The notes: generated from the letters alone by a model not told the origin. Numbered from the stretch's first letter, positions 29,720 to 39,316 are shown. The stretch is DNA of 58,558 bases from an uncultured Novosphingobium sp. (GCA_964572445.1 CAZNFV010000001.1:1-58558); one strand, 5' to 3'. Made by a program: numbers and translations.

Positions 29720-30729
29720 ATCTGCCAGCTGGCCATCCACCTGTTGTTGCGCCGCGCGTCGGCGTGCTGCTGGTCAACCTGGGCACGCCTGATGCGCCGA
29801 CGACCAAAGCGGTGCGCCGCTATCTGAAGGAATTTCTCTCCGACCCGCGCGTGGTGGAAATTCCCAAGCCGATCTGGTGGCTGATCCTCAACGGGATCAT
29901 CCTCAATGTCCGGCCCAAGAAATCAGCCCATGCCTATGCCCAGGTCTGGGGGCCGGATGGCTCTCCGCTGGCGACGATCACCAAGGCCCAGGCCGAAGGA
30001 CTGCAGGATCAGCTGGGCGATGGCATCATGGTCCGCTGGGCCATGCGCTATGGCAACCCGTCGATGGGCAAGGTTTTGGCTGAGATGAAGGCGGCGGGTT
30101 GTGAGCGCATCCTGCTGGCGCCGCTCTATCCGCAATATTCCGGTGCAACCACGGCCACCGTAGTTGACGAGTTGGGCCGGCAGCTGGGCAAGATGCGCTG
30201 GCAGCCAAGCACCCGGACCATGCCGCCCTATTACGATGATGCGTTGCACGTCGGGGCGCTGCGGGATGATCTGGCGCGGCAGGTCCGTGCCTTGCCGTTC
30301 GTGCCCGAAGTGCTGCTGCTATCCTTCCACGGGATGCCCGATCGCACCCTGCACCTGGGCGACCCCTATCACTGCCAGTGCCGCAAGACCGCGCGGCTGG
30401 TGAGTGAAGCGCTGCGGGCCGAGTTCCCTGGCCTGCGAATCGAGACCAGCTTCCAATCGCGCTTTGGCCCGGCGAAGTGGCTTGAACCTTATACCGAAGC
30501 GACCCTGACGGCGCTGGCGCAGGATGGGGTCAAACGGCTGGCGATCGCTGCGCCGGGCTTCTCGGCCGATTGCCTGGAAACCCGGGAAGAACTGGCGATC
30601 CGCGGGCGTGAGGTGTTCGAGGAAGCGGGCGGGCTTGAATTTGCGGCGCTCGACTGTCTCAATACGTCAGCAGCGGGGATGGCCATGCTCGAGGCGCTGG
30701 TGCGGCGCGAGCTTGGGGGATGGATTTAA
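29716..30729 (+). CDS. hemH: Ferrochelatase
   Basis: LVNLGTP, FLSDPRV, PLYPQYS, SFHGMP, FQSRFG, GFSADCLET. Confidence 0.96.
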   Translation: MNLPAGHPPVVAPRVGVLLVNLGTPDAPTTKAVRRYLKEFLSDPRVVEIPKPIWWLILNGIILNVRPKKSAHAYAQVWGPDGSPLATITKAQAEGLQDQLGDGIMVRWAMRYGNPSMGKVLAEMKAAGCERILLAPLYPQYSGATTATVVDELGRQLGKMRWQPSTRTMPPYYDDALHVGALRDDLARQVRALPFVPEVLLLSFHGMPDRTLHLGDPYHCQCRKTARLVSEALRAEFPGLRIETSFQSRFGPAKWLEPYTEATLTALAQDGVKRLAIAAPGFSADCLETREELAIRGREVFEEAGGLEFAALDCLNTSAAGMAMLEALVRRELGGWI

Positions 30730-30779
30730 TCGTTCGATTAAGTTACATTAGTGTCAGTAAATCCAGAAGGATGACCCCA

Positions 30780-32156
30780 ATGGCGACGCTTGCTCCCGAA
30801 GCTCCGAAGTTCACGCACTGGAACCAGGTCCAGCCAAAGGATGCGCTGGCCCATATTCCGGGGGAAGATGGCTGGCCAATCCTGGGCAACACGCTGCAGT
30901 TGCTGGCGGACCCGGCGGGCTTCGGCAACCGGATGCGCGCCAAGTATGGCGATATCTATCGCAACAACAGCTTTGGCCGGCGCGGCGTGGCGATGTTCGG
31001 TGCCGAGGCGAATGAGCTGGTGCTGTTCGACCGGGACAAGATCTTTTCGTCCGAACAGGGCTGGGGCCCCGTGCTGGACCTGCTGTTCCCGCGCGGGCTG
31101 ATGCTGCTCGATTTCGATCACCACCGCGCCGATCGCCGGGCGCTGTCGATTGCCTTCAAACCGGGGCCGATGCGGCACTATTCCGATGCGCTTAACCGCG
31201 GCATTTCGGCGCGCGCTGACGAATGGCGCGGGCAGGAAATGCTGTTCTATCCGGCGATCAAGCAACTGACGCTGGACCTGGCCGCAGACAGCTTCCTGGG
31301 CGTGCCGCTGGGGCCAGAGGCCGATGCGATCAACAAGGCCTTTGTCGATATGGTCCAGGCCTCGATCGGCGTGGTCCGCAAGCCTTTGCCCTTCACGGCG
31401 ATGGGCCGGGGCGTGGCCGGGCGCAAGTTCCTGCTCGAATACTTTACCCGCGAAACGCTGAAGCGGCGCGAGGCGGGCGGCGGGCAGGATATGTTCAGCC
31501 AGTTCGCCACCGCCACGCGTGAGGATGGCTCGCTGCTGCCGGTCGATGAAGTGGTCGACCACATGATCTTCCTGATGATGGCAGCGCATGACACGATCAC
31601 CAGCTCGGCCACATCACTGGTCTGGCTGCTGGCGAAGAACCCGGAATGGCAGGCCAAGCTGCGGGCTGAAATTCTGGCGGTCACTGGCGGCGCGGGCCGG
31701 ACCTTGGCCTATGAGGACCTTGGCAAGCTGGACCTGACCGAGATGGCCTTCAAGGAATCGCTGCGGATGATCCCGCCGGTGCCATCGTTGCCGCGCCGCG
31801 CGCTGAAGGAATTCACGTTCAAGGGCGTGCGCGTTCCGGCCGGCACTCCTGTGGGGATCAGCCCGGCGGCGGTTCACATGGAAGAAGCCCACTGGCCCGA
31901 ACCGACGAAGTTCGATCCGATGCGCTTCACCAGCGAACAGGTCGCCAAGCGCCACAAATACGCCTGGGTGCCGTTCGGCGGGGGCGCGCACATGTGCCTG
32001 GGCCTGCACTTTGCCTATATGCAGGTGAAGGTGCTGATGGCCCACTTGCTCAGCCGCTATCAGATCGAGATTGCGCCCGGTTACGCGCCGGAGTGGCAGC
32101 CATGGCCAATCCCCAAGCCCAAGGACGGGCTGAAAGTAACCTTCAGGCCAGTCTAG
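30780..32156 (+). CDS. Cytochrome P450 (CYP136/CYP196-like I-helix)
   Basis: FLMMAAHDT I-helix, ESLR (ExxR), PFGGGAHMCLG heme-binding Cys; AGAAGG RBS. Confidence 0.93.
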   Translation: MATLAPEAPKFTHWNQVQPKDALAHIPGEDGWPILGNTLQLLADPAGFGNRMRAKYGDIYRNNSFGRRGVAMFGAEANELVLFDRDKIFSSEQGWGPVLDLLFPRGLMLLDFDHHRADRRALSIAFKPGPMRHYSDALNRGISARADEWRGQEMLFYPAIKQLTLDLAADSFLGVPLGPEADAINKAFVDMVQASIGVVRKPLPFTAMGRGVAGRKFLLEYFTRETLKRREAGGGQDMFSQFATATREDGSLLPVDEVVDHMIFLMMAAHDTITSSATSLVWLLAKNPEWQAKLRAEILAVTGGAGRTLAYEDLGKLDLTEMAFKESLRMIPPVPSLPRRALKEFTFKGVRVPAGTPVGISPAAVHMEEAHWPEPTKFDPMRFTSEQVAKRHKYAWVPFGGGAHMCLGLHFAYMQVKVLMAHLLSRYQIEIAPGYAPEWQPWPIPKPKDGLKVTFRPV

Positions 32157-32169
32157 TCGGCTTTCGGCC

Positions 32170-33042
32170 CTAGTCGGCCTTCGGCAGGTACTTGACCGGA
32201 TCGAGTGCGACGCGGTTGCGGCGTACTTCGAAATGGAGCTGCGGTTCGTCTGCAAGTCCGGTTTCGCCAACCAACCCGACCCGCTCGGTCGCCTTGACCT
32301 TATCGCCATCCTTGACGGTGATCTTGTCGAGGAAGGAGTAGGTCGTGGTCCAGCGGCCGCCGTGGTGGACGATGACGGTCAGACCATATTCCTTTGGCCC
32401 CGGTCCGGCGAAGATCACCGTGCCAGCCGCCGCCGCGCGGACGGCAGTGCCCTTGTCGGCCTTGATGTCGATCCCGTCGTGAAACGCCTTGTCGCCGCCC
32501 CGCGCCGCGAAAGGCCGTGCGATCACGCCTTTGAGTGGCCAGGCCAGCTTGGCCGGTGGTTGGGCCGCCGTTTCGGGCGCGCCGGGGGCTGCGCCGGGAT
32601 CGGGCGCCATCTTTGGGGCCGCCGCCGACGGCGCCGGTGTCGGCGCAGACAGTGCGGCAGCCGGTGCCTTGGTCAGGGTTGGGATAACCAGCTTTTGGCC
32701 AGCCCGGACCCGTTTCTTCGGATCAAGCCCGTTAGCGGCGGCAATCGTTGACCAGGTCACACCCTGATCCAGCGCGATGCCAAGGCTGGTCTCGCCATCC
32801 TTGACCGTGTGGATGCGGCGGCGCGGGATCAGCAGTTTTTGACCGGCGCGAACGGCGTAGGGCTCCTTCAGGCCATTAGCCTCGATAATCAGTACGCGCG
32901 GAACGGCCACGCGATTAGCGATGCCGCCCAGGGTCTCACCGGGTTTCACAACATATTCGGTTGCCGTCTTGGGGTCACTGTCTGCCAAGAGCGGGGCGGC
33001 GGCCAGCCCGAACAGGGCCAGCGCTAAACCGGCCCGCCGCAT
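32170..33042 (-). CDS. LysM x2 plus M23 peptidase (NlpD-like)
   Basis: YVVKPGETL and HTVKDGET LysM domains; HDGID and LHFEVR; downstream of surE. Confidence 0.9.
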   Translation of the reverse strand: MRRAGLALALFGLAAAPLLADSDPKTATEYVVKPGETLGGIANRVAVPRVLIIEANGLKEPYAVRAGQKLLIPRRRIHTVKDGETSLGIALDQGVTWSTIAAANGLDPKKRVRAGQKLVIPTLTKAPAAALSAPTPAPSAAAPKMAPDPGAAPGAPETAAQPPAKLAWPLKGVIARPFAARGGDKAFHDGIDIKADKGTAVRAAAAGTVIFAGPGPKEYGLTVIVHHGGRWTTTYSFLDKITVKDGDKVKATERVGLVGETGLADEPQLHFEVRRNRVALDPVKYLPKAD

Positions 33043-33803
33043 CAGGTGTAGCGCCCCGCCAGTTCGGCCAGCGAAGCCTGGTGGGTCAAATCGAGCTGCA
33101 AGGGTGTTACTGCCACAAAGCCATCCTGGATTGCCTCAAGGTCGGTCGCATGACCGGGGGTATGCTCTATACCATTAAGACCAAACCAGAAATAGCGATA
33201 TCCGCGCGGATCCATTCCTTCCACAACTGTCCCGCGGGAATAGTCGTGGAAGCCCTGCCGGACCACCTTGATGCCCCTGACCTGATCGGCGGGGATTGCC
33301 GGGAAATTGATATTGACCAGCGTGCGCGGGGCAAAGGGCAGATCGAGCAGCGGGGCGATCACTTTCGCCCCCCAGGCCTCGGCCGCGCCAAAGGGCACGG
33401 CATCGCCCATGCCTTCACTGGCATAGACCTGACTCAGCGCGATTGAGCGGATGCCGGCCAGCGCGCCTTCGATCGCGGCGGAGACGGTGCCCGAATAGGT
33501 CACGTCATCGCCCAGGTTAGCGCCGCGGTTGACGCCGGACAGGATCAGGTCAGGCGCAGCGGGCATCACTTCGCGCAGGGCCATCATCACGGAATCGGTT
33601 GGCGTGCCCGAAACCGAGAAGCGCCGCGCATCATGCTGGCGCAGCCGCACCGGGCGGGAGAGCGTTAGCGAATGGCCGGCGCCCGACTGTTCTTCAGCCG
33701 GGGCAACGATCCAGATGTCGTCAGAGAACTGGCGCGCAATTGCCTCCAGCACGATCAGGCCCGGGGCAAAGATGCCGTCGTCGTTCGTCAGGAGAATGCG
33801 CAT
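33042..33803 (-). CDS. surE: 5'/3'-nucleotidase SurE
   Basis: ILLTNDDG, GTPTDSV, SGVNRGAN, YSGTVSAA. Confidence 0.96.
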   Translation of the reverse strand: MRILLTNDDGIFAPGLIVLEAIARQFSDDIWIVAPAEEQSGAGHSLTLSRPVRLRQHDARRFSVSGTPTDSVMMALREVMPAAPDLILSGVNRGANLGDDVTYSGTVSAAIEGALAGIRSIALSQVYASEGMGDAVPFGAAEAWGAKVIAPLLDLPFAPRTLVNINFPAIPADQVRGIKVVRQGFHDYSRGTVVEGMDPRGYRYFWFGLNGIEHTPGHATDLEAIQDGFVAVTPLQLDLTHQASLAELAGRYT

Positions 33804-33817
33804 GGCGACCTTTCAGG

Positions 33818-35095
33818 TCAGAGGGGAACCAGCCGATCAATCCCACCCATGTAGGGGCGAAGTGCCGCTGGAATCTCTACAGAACCGTCTTCCTGCTGGT
33901 AATTTTCCAGCACGGCCACCAGCGTGCGACCAACTGCCAGCCCCGAGCCGTTAAGCGTGTGGACGAATTCCGGCTTGGCCTTCTCTTCCGCGCGGAAGCG
34001 GGTGTTCATCCGCCGCGCCTGGAAATCGCCGCAGTTGGAGATCGAGCTGATCTCACGGTAGGCATCCTGGCCGGGCAGCCAGACTTCCAGATCAAAGGTC
34101 TTCTTCGCGGTAAAGCCCATGTCGCCGGCGCAGAGCAGCACCTTGCGATAGGGCAGTTCCAGCGCCTGCAGGATTGATTCCGCCGCCGCCGTCATCCGCT
34201 CGTGCTCCGCTTCGGACTGATCCGGCGCACAGATCGTCACCAGCTCAACCTTCTCGAACTGGTGCTGGCGGATGTAACCACGGGTATCCTTGCCCGCTGC
34301 CCCGGCCTCGCTGCGGAAGCAGGGGGTCAGCGCCGTGATCCGCAGCGGCAATACTGCGCCGTCTAGGATCTGCTCGCGGACCGAATTGGTCAGCGAAACC
34401 TCGGCCGTCGGGATCAACCAGCGGCCATCGGTGGTCTGGAAATTGTCTTCGGCGAATTTGGGCAGCTGGCCGGTGCCGAACAGCGATTCCTCGCGCACCA
34501 GCAGCGGCGTGGCGCATTCCATATGCCCGTTTACCGTGGTCTGGTGATCGAGCATAAACTGGCCCAGCGCGCGCTGAAGCCGCGCCATCTGCCCGCGCAG
34601 GAAGGTGAAACGGGCGCCGGAAATAAGGGCGCCAGTCTCGAAGTCCAAGCCCAGCGCCGGGCCAAGATCAGCATGCTCTTTTGGCGTGAAAGCGAAAGAA
34701 CGTGGGTTGCCCCAACGGCTGACTTCGACATTCTGCGTCTCGTCCGCGCCTTCGGGAACGGTGGCGTCGGGCAGGTTGGGGTGCGCGGCCAGGGTATCTT
34801 GCAGGCTGGCCGAAAGCTCGCGGTCCTCCTGCTCCAGCGCCGGCATGGTGTTCTTGATTTCGGCCACTTCGGCTTTCAGCCGTTCAGCCTCATCCTTGTC
34901 ACCCCGGCCCATCGCGGCGCCAATCGCCTTGGACGCTTCGTTGCGTTGGTTCTGCGCCTCCTGCAGCGCCGTCGCCACAGCGCGGCGGGCCGTGTCGAGC
35001 GCCAGGATCGGTCCCGAAACAGGTTCCACCCCGCGGCGGGCGAGGGCGGCATCGAATGCGGCGGGATCGTCACGGATCAAACGGATATCATGCAT
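33818..35095 (-). CDS. serS: Seryl-tRNA synthetase
   Basis: [41 protein letters not shown]. Confidence 0.97.
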   Translation of the reverse strand: MHDIRLIRDDPAAFDAALARRGVEPVSGPILALDTARRAVATALQEAQNQRNEASKAIGAAMGRGDKDEAERLKAEVAEIKNTMPALEQEDRELSASLQDTLAAHPNLPDATVPEGADETQNVEVSRWGNPRSFAFTPKEHADLGPALGLDFETGALISGARFTFLRGQMARLQRALGQFMLDHQTTVNGHMECATPLLVREESLFGTGQLPKFAEDNFQTTDGRWLIPTAEVSLTNSVREQILDGAVLPLRITALTPCFRSEAGAAGKDTRGYIRQHQFEKVELVTICAPDQSEAEHERMTAAAESILQALELPYRKVLLCAGDMGFTAKKTFDLEVWLPGQDAYREISSISNCGDFQARRMNTRFRAEEKAKPEFVHTLNGSGLAVGRTLVAVLENYQQEDGSVEIPAALRPYMGGIDRLVPL

Positions 35096-35104
35096 GGTGC
35101 ATGG

Positions 35105-35133
35105 CCTATGCCCGCCAAATGCCGCGGTATCAA
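35105..35133 (-). promoter_or_regulatory. Candidate sigma70 promoter of serS with a very short leader
   Basis: TTGATA-N17-CATAGG, 9 nt before the ATG, no SD sequence. Confidence 0.45.
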
Positions 35134-35197
35134 GGGATGGAGGACCGGCCGACTGGACTAAACCTGCCGGTGTTTCGGCCTTCGCTTTAAAGGTTGG

Positions 35198-35842
35198 CTA
35201 CCAGGCCAGGAACCTGGGGAGCGCAAGCCGGCCAAGGATACCCATCAGCACCACGGTACCTCCGTGCCAGACCCCGATGTGGACCAGGCTGTTTTCGGGG
35301 CAGCACAGCGAAACCGCGAAGATGCCGCTGGCGCCTGAAGCAACGCCAATCAATGTTGCCGCCAATCGCAGGGATGATGGCGCGCCCTTGCGCAACCACA
35401 GCACCAGTGCCGTTAGCGTCAGCGCGCCAGCGATGCACCCCGAGGTCAAGCATTCGATCCCGCCCGCATCGACATAGACCGGCTCACCACGGAACAGATC
35501 AATCGCAATCAGGCCCATGGCGGTGATAGGCAGGACAGCAGCCATCATCACGGTCCAGGCCCAGCCATCCCGGCGGATACCAACTGCCGGGCGGGCCATG
35601 TCGATGGCCGACCAGGCTGAGGCCAAGGCCAGGACCAGGAATAAGCCGGCTGAAGTCAGGAACAACGGGTCGGGGCGGCCGGCGGTGATATCGGCGCGAA
35701 CGCCGAAGCCATAGATAACCAGGCCAACACTGATTGCGATCGCAAACAGGATCCGGGTCATCCCGGTCCGTTGCAGCAAGGGGTTGACCGGGCCCAGATC
35801 GGCAACCAGCCGTCCGATCATCTCGTCTGAGTTCATGGCCAT
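35198..35842 (-). CDS. nrsF: NrsF-type membrane anti-sigma factor (DUF1109)
   Basis: About 6 TM segments, ECLTSGC and SLCCPE..HIGVWH; directly follows an ECF sigma. Confidence 0.88.
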   Translation of the reverse strand: MAMNSDEMIGRLVADLGPVNPLLQRTGMTRILFAIAISVGLVIYGFGVRADITAGRPDPLFLTSAGLFLVLALASAWSAIDMARPAVGIRRDGWAWTVMMAAVLPITAMGLIAIDLFRGEPVYVDAGGIECLTSGCIAGALTLTALVLWLRKGAPSSLRLAATLIGVASGASGIFAVSLCCPENSLVHIGVWHGGTVVLMGILGRLALPRFLAW

Positions 35843-35846
35843 GGGG

Positions 35847-36377
35847 CTAAGCCTCTTCTATTAGGCCAGCAAGACGCTTGAGGCCGCGGTGAATGTTCAC
35901 TTTGACCAAGGTCTCGCTCTGACCGGATGCTTGGGATGCCTCACGCACAGACAACCCCTTGATCTTGACCAGTTCGATGACTGTCTGCTGCCCTTCTGGC
36001 AGGGCGGCGAACAATCGCTCGAGGCTCATTTTGGCAGCGATTGAATCTTCGCCCGAATCCACTTCAATTTCGACCCCATCAAGACTTGAGTGGCGGGCGT
36101 TGCGGTATGCCGACCTGAGGTGGTCAACAAACCGGTACCGCGAGATCGCTGCAAGCCAGGGATAAAACGGCCTTGTGGCGTCATAGGTTGCAATCTTGCG
36201 GTGAACCGACAGCAAGGTTTCCTGCACCAGATCATCAATCTGTTCGGGCGGAACCTTGCGGCGGAAATATTTCAGCAGCCATTTCTGGCAAGCCTTCAGC
36301 AGGCCAGCATAGGCCTGCCGGTCTCCCTGCTGGGACATCGCCGCCAGTCTGGCGAGCGAGGCCTCGTCCGCGATCAC
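35847..36377 (-). CDS. sigF: ECF sigma factor, SigF/ECF16 type
   Basis: QGDRQAY, DDLVQETLLSVH, PFYPWL, VKVNIHRGLKRL; paired with NrsF. Confidence 0.9.
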   Translation of the reverse strand: MIADEASLARLAAMSQQGDRQAYAGLLKACQKWLLKYFRRKVPPEQIDDLVQETLLSVHRKIATYDATRPFYPWLAAISRYRFVDHLRSAYRNARHSSLDGVEIEVDSGEDSIAAKMSLERLFAALPEGQQTVIELVKIKGLSVREASQASGQSETLVKVNIHRGLKRLAGLIEEA

Positions 36378-36841
36378 CCGCGCCGTTTCCGTGCCAGCAG
36401 GGTATCAAGCGAGGCCAGTCCGCCACCGCGAACCACCAGGATCAGCGCCAGGCCAATCCACAGCGAATGCTCTGGCCACCAGGCATCCGGATAGACGAAG
36501 AACTGGATAACCAGGGTCATCCCAATCAGGCCGAGTGCCGAGAAACGGGTGAACAGCCCAACCAGCAGCAAGGCCGGCAGAATGTGTTCGGCCGCATTGG
36601 CCATCGGGGCAGCCAGCTCGGCCGGCAAAGGCACGCCGGCATATTCGGTGCGGAACAGCTCAACCGTTGAATCGCTGAGCGTGAAGTAGGTTCCTTCGAC
36701 GACCTTGGTCTGCCCGGATCGCCAGAACACACCGCCCAGCACGATGCGCACGAACAGCAGCACGAGGCTTTCGGGGATGATCCCCGAAAGCCATGCCGTT
36801 ACGCGGTCATAAAGACCGAATAGCGGAGCGAGTTTCCTCAC
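36374..36841 (-). CDS. DoxX-family membrane protein (BufD-like)
   Basis: [40 protein letters not shown]. Confidence 0.9.
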   Translation of the reverse strand: MRKLAPLFGLYDRVTAWLSGIIPESLVLLFVRIVLGGVFWRSGQTKVVEGTYFTLSDSTVELFRTEYAGVPLPAELAAPMANAAEHILPALLLVGLFTRFSALGLIGMTLVIQFFVYPDAWWPEHSLWIGLALILVVRGGGLASLDTLLARKRRG

Positions 36842-37119
36842 GCCTTAGGTTCCAGGGTCCCATGGCCCTTGGGGGTCTTGATCGACAGGCAGGTGCCGGC
36901 CTTGACCAGCTTCCAGGAATTGCCCTGATAGTCATGCTTTGATGAGCCAGCGCAGCTGGTTCCGGCACCGGCCTTGCAATCATTCTTGCCGGCCTTGGAA
37001 ATGCCATAGCACTTTTCCATCGCAGGTTTGGCAGCCGGGTTGTTGCCGGCGTGTGCTGCAACGGCCAGCGCAGCAACTGCGATCGCGGCAAGAGCGGAAC
37101 CAGTCTTCAAAGTCGTCAT
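36838..37119 (-). CDS. Bufferin precursor, BufA1 type (DUF2282)
   Basis: Signal peptide plus [30 protein letters not shown] (4 Cys). Confidence 0.9.
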   Translation of the reverse strand: MTTLKTGSALAAIAVAALAVAAHAGNNPAAKPAMEKCYGISKAGKNDCKAGAGTSCAGSSKHDYQGNSWKLVKAGTCLSIKTPKGHGTLEPKA

Positions 37120-37161
37120 GTGAAACTCCCATTTGCGTCAACGCACGCTGACTTTGGGTAT

Positions 37162-37187
37162 TTCGTCACCACTCTGAGATCGGTTAC
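37162..37187 (-). promoter_or_regulatory. SigF-type promoter P1 (bufA1-doxX-sigF-nrsF)
   Basis: GTAACC-gatctcagagtggtga(16)-CGAA. Confidence 0.85.
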
Positions 37188-37237
37188 AAAAAAACTAGTA
37201 TTTTCCGTAACTCCTCGCGCCCGGTTTCTTGATGACT

Positions 37238-37263
37238 GTAACGCAGTGATGCTTCGCTCCGAA
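37238..37263 (+). promoter_or_regulatory. SigF-type promoter P2 (bufA2-MNIO-DUF2063)
   Basis: GTAACG-cagtgatgcttcgctc(16)-CGAA. Confidence 0.8.
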
Positions 37264-37309
37264 TAAGGGTGAGCCAACCCGGCCAGAATTCCTTTCACGG
37301 AGCACGAAC

Positions 37310-37594
37310 ATGTCGACTATCAAGACCACTGCGGGCCTCGCTACCACCGCCGTTCTCCTTGCGCTTTCCGCAGTAGCCCAGGCCGCACCCGCGCCCGAAG
37401 GCAGCAGCGGCGCAGCGATCAACGCCCGCGATACGGTGCACTGCTACGGCGTGAACTCGTGCAAGGGCACCGCTGATTGCAAGACCGCGCAGCATGACTG
37501 CAAGGGCATGAACAGCTGCAAGAGCCAGGGCTTCAAGGCGCTCGCCGCCGGCATGTGTCTGAAGCGTGGCGGGACCATCGGCGATATCGGCTGA
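37310..37594 (+). CDS. Bufferin precursor, BufA2 type
   Basis: Signal peptide plus HCYGVNSCKGTADCKTAQHDCKGMNSCKSQGF..GMC (6 Cys). Confidence 0.85.
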   Translation: MSTIKTTAGLATTAVLLALSAVAQAAPAPEGSSGAAINARDTVHCYGVNSCKGTADCKTAQHDCKGMNSCKSQGFKALAAGMCLKRGGTIGDIG

Positions 37595-37608
37595 TCCCTT
37601 TACCCCAA

Positions 37609-37638
37609 GCCCGGCCGGTTTCCCCCTTCCGGCCGGGC
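37609..37638 (+). other. Intra-operon stem-loop after the precursor gene
   Basis: GCCCGGCCGG-N10-CCGGCCGGGC, perfect 10-bp stem, no U tract. Confidence 0.6.
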
Positions 37639-37670
37639 GACCGGGTCCAGAATACCTATCAGGAGCACCC

Positions 37671-38507
37671 ATGGCTGCCACGATCGACAGGTTCACCGGG
37701 TTCGGGCTGGGCCTGCGCAAAGAACACCATGCTGATTTCCTGAGTGCCGCTCAGCCAGTCGATTTTCTTGAGGTAATTTCGGAAAACTTCATGGCCTGCG
37801 GGGGCCGAGCGCTGCAGACACTCGATGCCGTTCGCGAACGCTATCCGCTGGCCATGCACGGCGTTTCCATGTCGCTGGGTTCGCCTGATGGGCTTGATCC
37901 GGACTATATGGCCGAGCTTAAGCAGCTGGCGCGCCGGATCGATCCGCTGTGGGTTTCGGACCACCTGTGCTGGACCCGGGTCGATGGCTTCTCGACCCAC
38001 GATCTCCTCCCTTTACCCTATACTGAAGAGGCCTTGGCGGTCTGTGCAGCGAATATCGAACGCGCGCAGGACCTGCTGGAACGGCCGTTGCTGATTGAGA
38101 ATCCCTCCAGCTATGTAACTTTTGCCGAAAGCACGATGAGCGAATGGCAGTTCCTGGCCGAACTGGCCCAGACAACCGGCTGTTACCTGCTGCTCGATGT
38201 GAACAACATCTTCGTGAGCGGGATCAATCACGGGTTTGATCCACAGGACTTTCTGGTCGGGATTCCGGTCGATCGGGTCCGCCAGATTCATCTGGCTGGG
38301 CACAGTGCCGGTCCCGAAGGCATGCTGATCGACACCCACGATGCGCCAGTCTGCGCCGAGGTGTGGCAAGTCTATCGCGCCGCCGTGGCGCGGTTTGGCC
38401 CCTGCGCGACGATGATCGAGCGCGACGATTCTATTCCAGCCCTGCCGGATTTGCTCGAAGAACTGGCGATAGCGCGTGACTTTGCTGCACAGGATTGTGC
38501 GGCATGA
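37671..38507 (+). CDS. DUF692 multinuclear non-heme iron oxidase (MNIO, BufB-like)
   Basis: GLGLR, EVISENF, HGVSMSLG, WVSDHL, ENPSSY, LLDVNN, HLAGH, IDTH, IERD; AGGAG RBS. Confidence 0.93.
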   Translation: MAATIDRFTGFGLGLRKEHHADFLSAAQPVDFLEVISENFMACGGRALQTLDAVRERYPLAMHGVSMSLGSPDGLDPDYMAELKQLARRIDPLWVSDHLCWTRVDGFSTHDLLPLPYTEEALAVCAANIERAQDLLERPLLIENPSSYVTFAESTMSEWQFLAELAQTTGCYLLLDVNNIFVSGINHGFDPQDFLVGIPVDRVRQIHLAGHSAGPEGMLIDTHDAPVCAEVWQVYRAAVARFGPCATMIERDDSIPALPDLLEELAIARDFAAQDCAA

Positions 38508-39226
38508 CCTTGCTCGCGATGCAATTGTCTTTCCGGGAGACGATCGCCGGTTCGGATGATGACCAGCCGCTCAAATCCCTGGGCATGGAGATTTACCGCG
38601 ATGCCTATCGCGGGCGCATGCTCGGGGCATTGGAGACGAGTTTCGAGCGAACCCGGCAATGGGTAGGCGAAGAGCCGTTTATGGCTGCGGCCTGCCACTA
38701 TATCCTGGCCGAGCCCCCGTGCAGCTGGACGCTGGACGATTATGGCGCAGCGTTCCCCACGGTTCTGGCTGAACTGTTCGCTGAGAATCCCGAAGTGGCG
38801 GAGCTGGCCTGGCTGGAATGGCACATGCAGCGGGCCTTTGCCGCGCGGGATAGTGCCATCCTGACTGCGGCGGGGCTGGCAGCGGCGCAGCTTGATGAAG
38901 ACGCCTGGGATCGCCTCCATCTATATCCCGTGCCGGGCGTCGCCTGCCGCCCGCTGGAAACCAACTGCACTGATATCTGGCTGGCGCTGCAGCAAGCGAT
39001 CGAACCGCCCGCACCCGCTGCGATTGATCCCGGTGCGGCCCTGCTGGTCTGGCGACAGGATCTCAGTCCGCACTTCAGGGTTACTGATTTGGTAGAGGCA
39101 GAGGCTCTGGCGCGGCTTGCGCAGGGGGCGAGCCTGGGCGACCTCGTCCGGGAATTTTCAGCCGAGCGCGTCGGCCGCTTGCTCGCCCGGTGGCTGGTGG
39201 ACGGCCTGATTGCGGACCTGACCTGA
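38504..39226 (+). CDS. DUF2063 MNIO partner protein (BufC-like)
   Basis: IYRDAY, F..AACHYI..PP.SWTLDDYG, ELAWLEW; ATGA overlap with the MNIO. Confidence 0.88.
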   Translation: MTLLAMQLSFRETIAGSDDDQPLKSLGMEIYRDAYRGRMLGALETSFERTRQWVGEEPFMAAACHYILAEPPCSWTLDDYGAAFPTVLAELFAENPEVAELAWLEWHMQRAFAARDSAILTAAGLAAAQLDEDAWDRLHLYPVPGVACRPLETNCTDIWLALQQAIEPPAPAAIDPGAALLVWRQDLSPHFRVTDLVEAEALARLAQGASLGDLVREFSAERVGRLLARWLVDGLIADLT

Positions 39227-39283
39227 CAGCCTGATTAGACTGGATTCCAGCGGCTGAGCGCGCTTAATTGCCCCAAAGCCGCA

Positions 39284-39316
39284 CCCATGGCCGCGCCCGA
39301 TTGGCGCCGCCATGGG
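39284..39316. terminator. Imperfect hairpin between convergent bufC and phasin genes
   Basis: CCCATGGCCGCGCC-CGATT-GGCGCCGCCATGGG. Confidence 0.45.

Noticed and set aside
37207..37232. Extra GTAACT in the bufA1/bufA2 spacer
   Set aside because: Followed by TTGA rather than CGAA at N16; at most a vestigial -35
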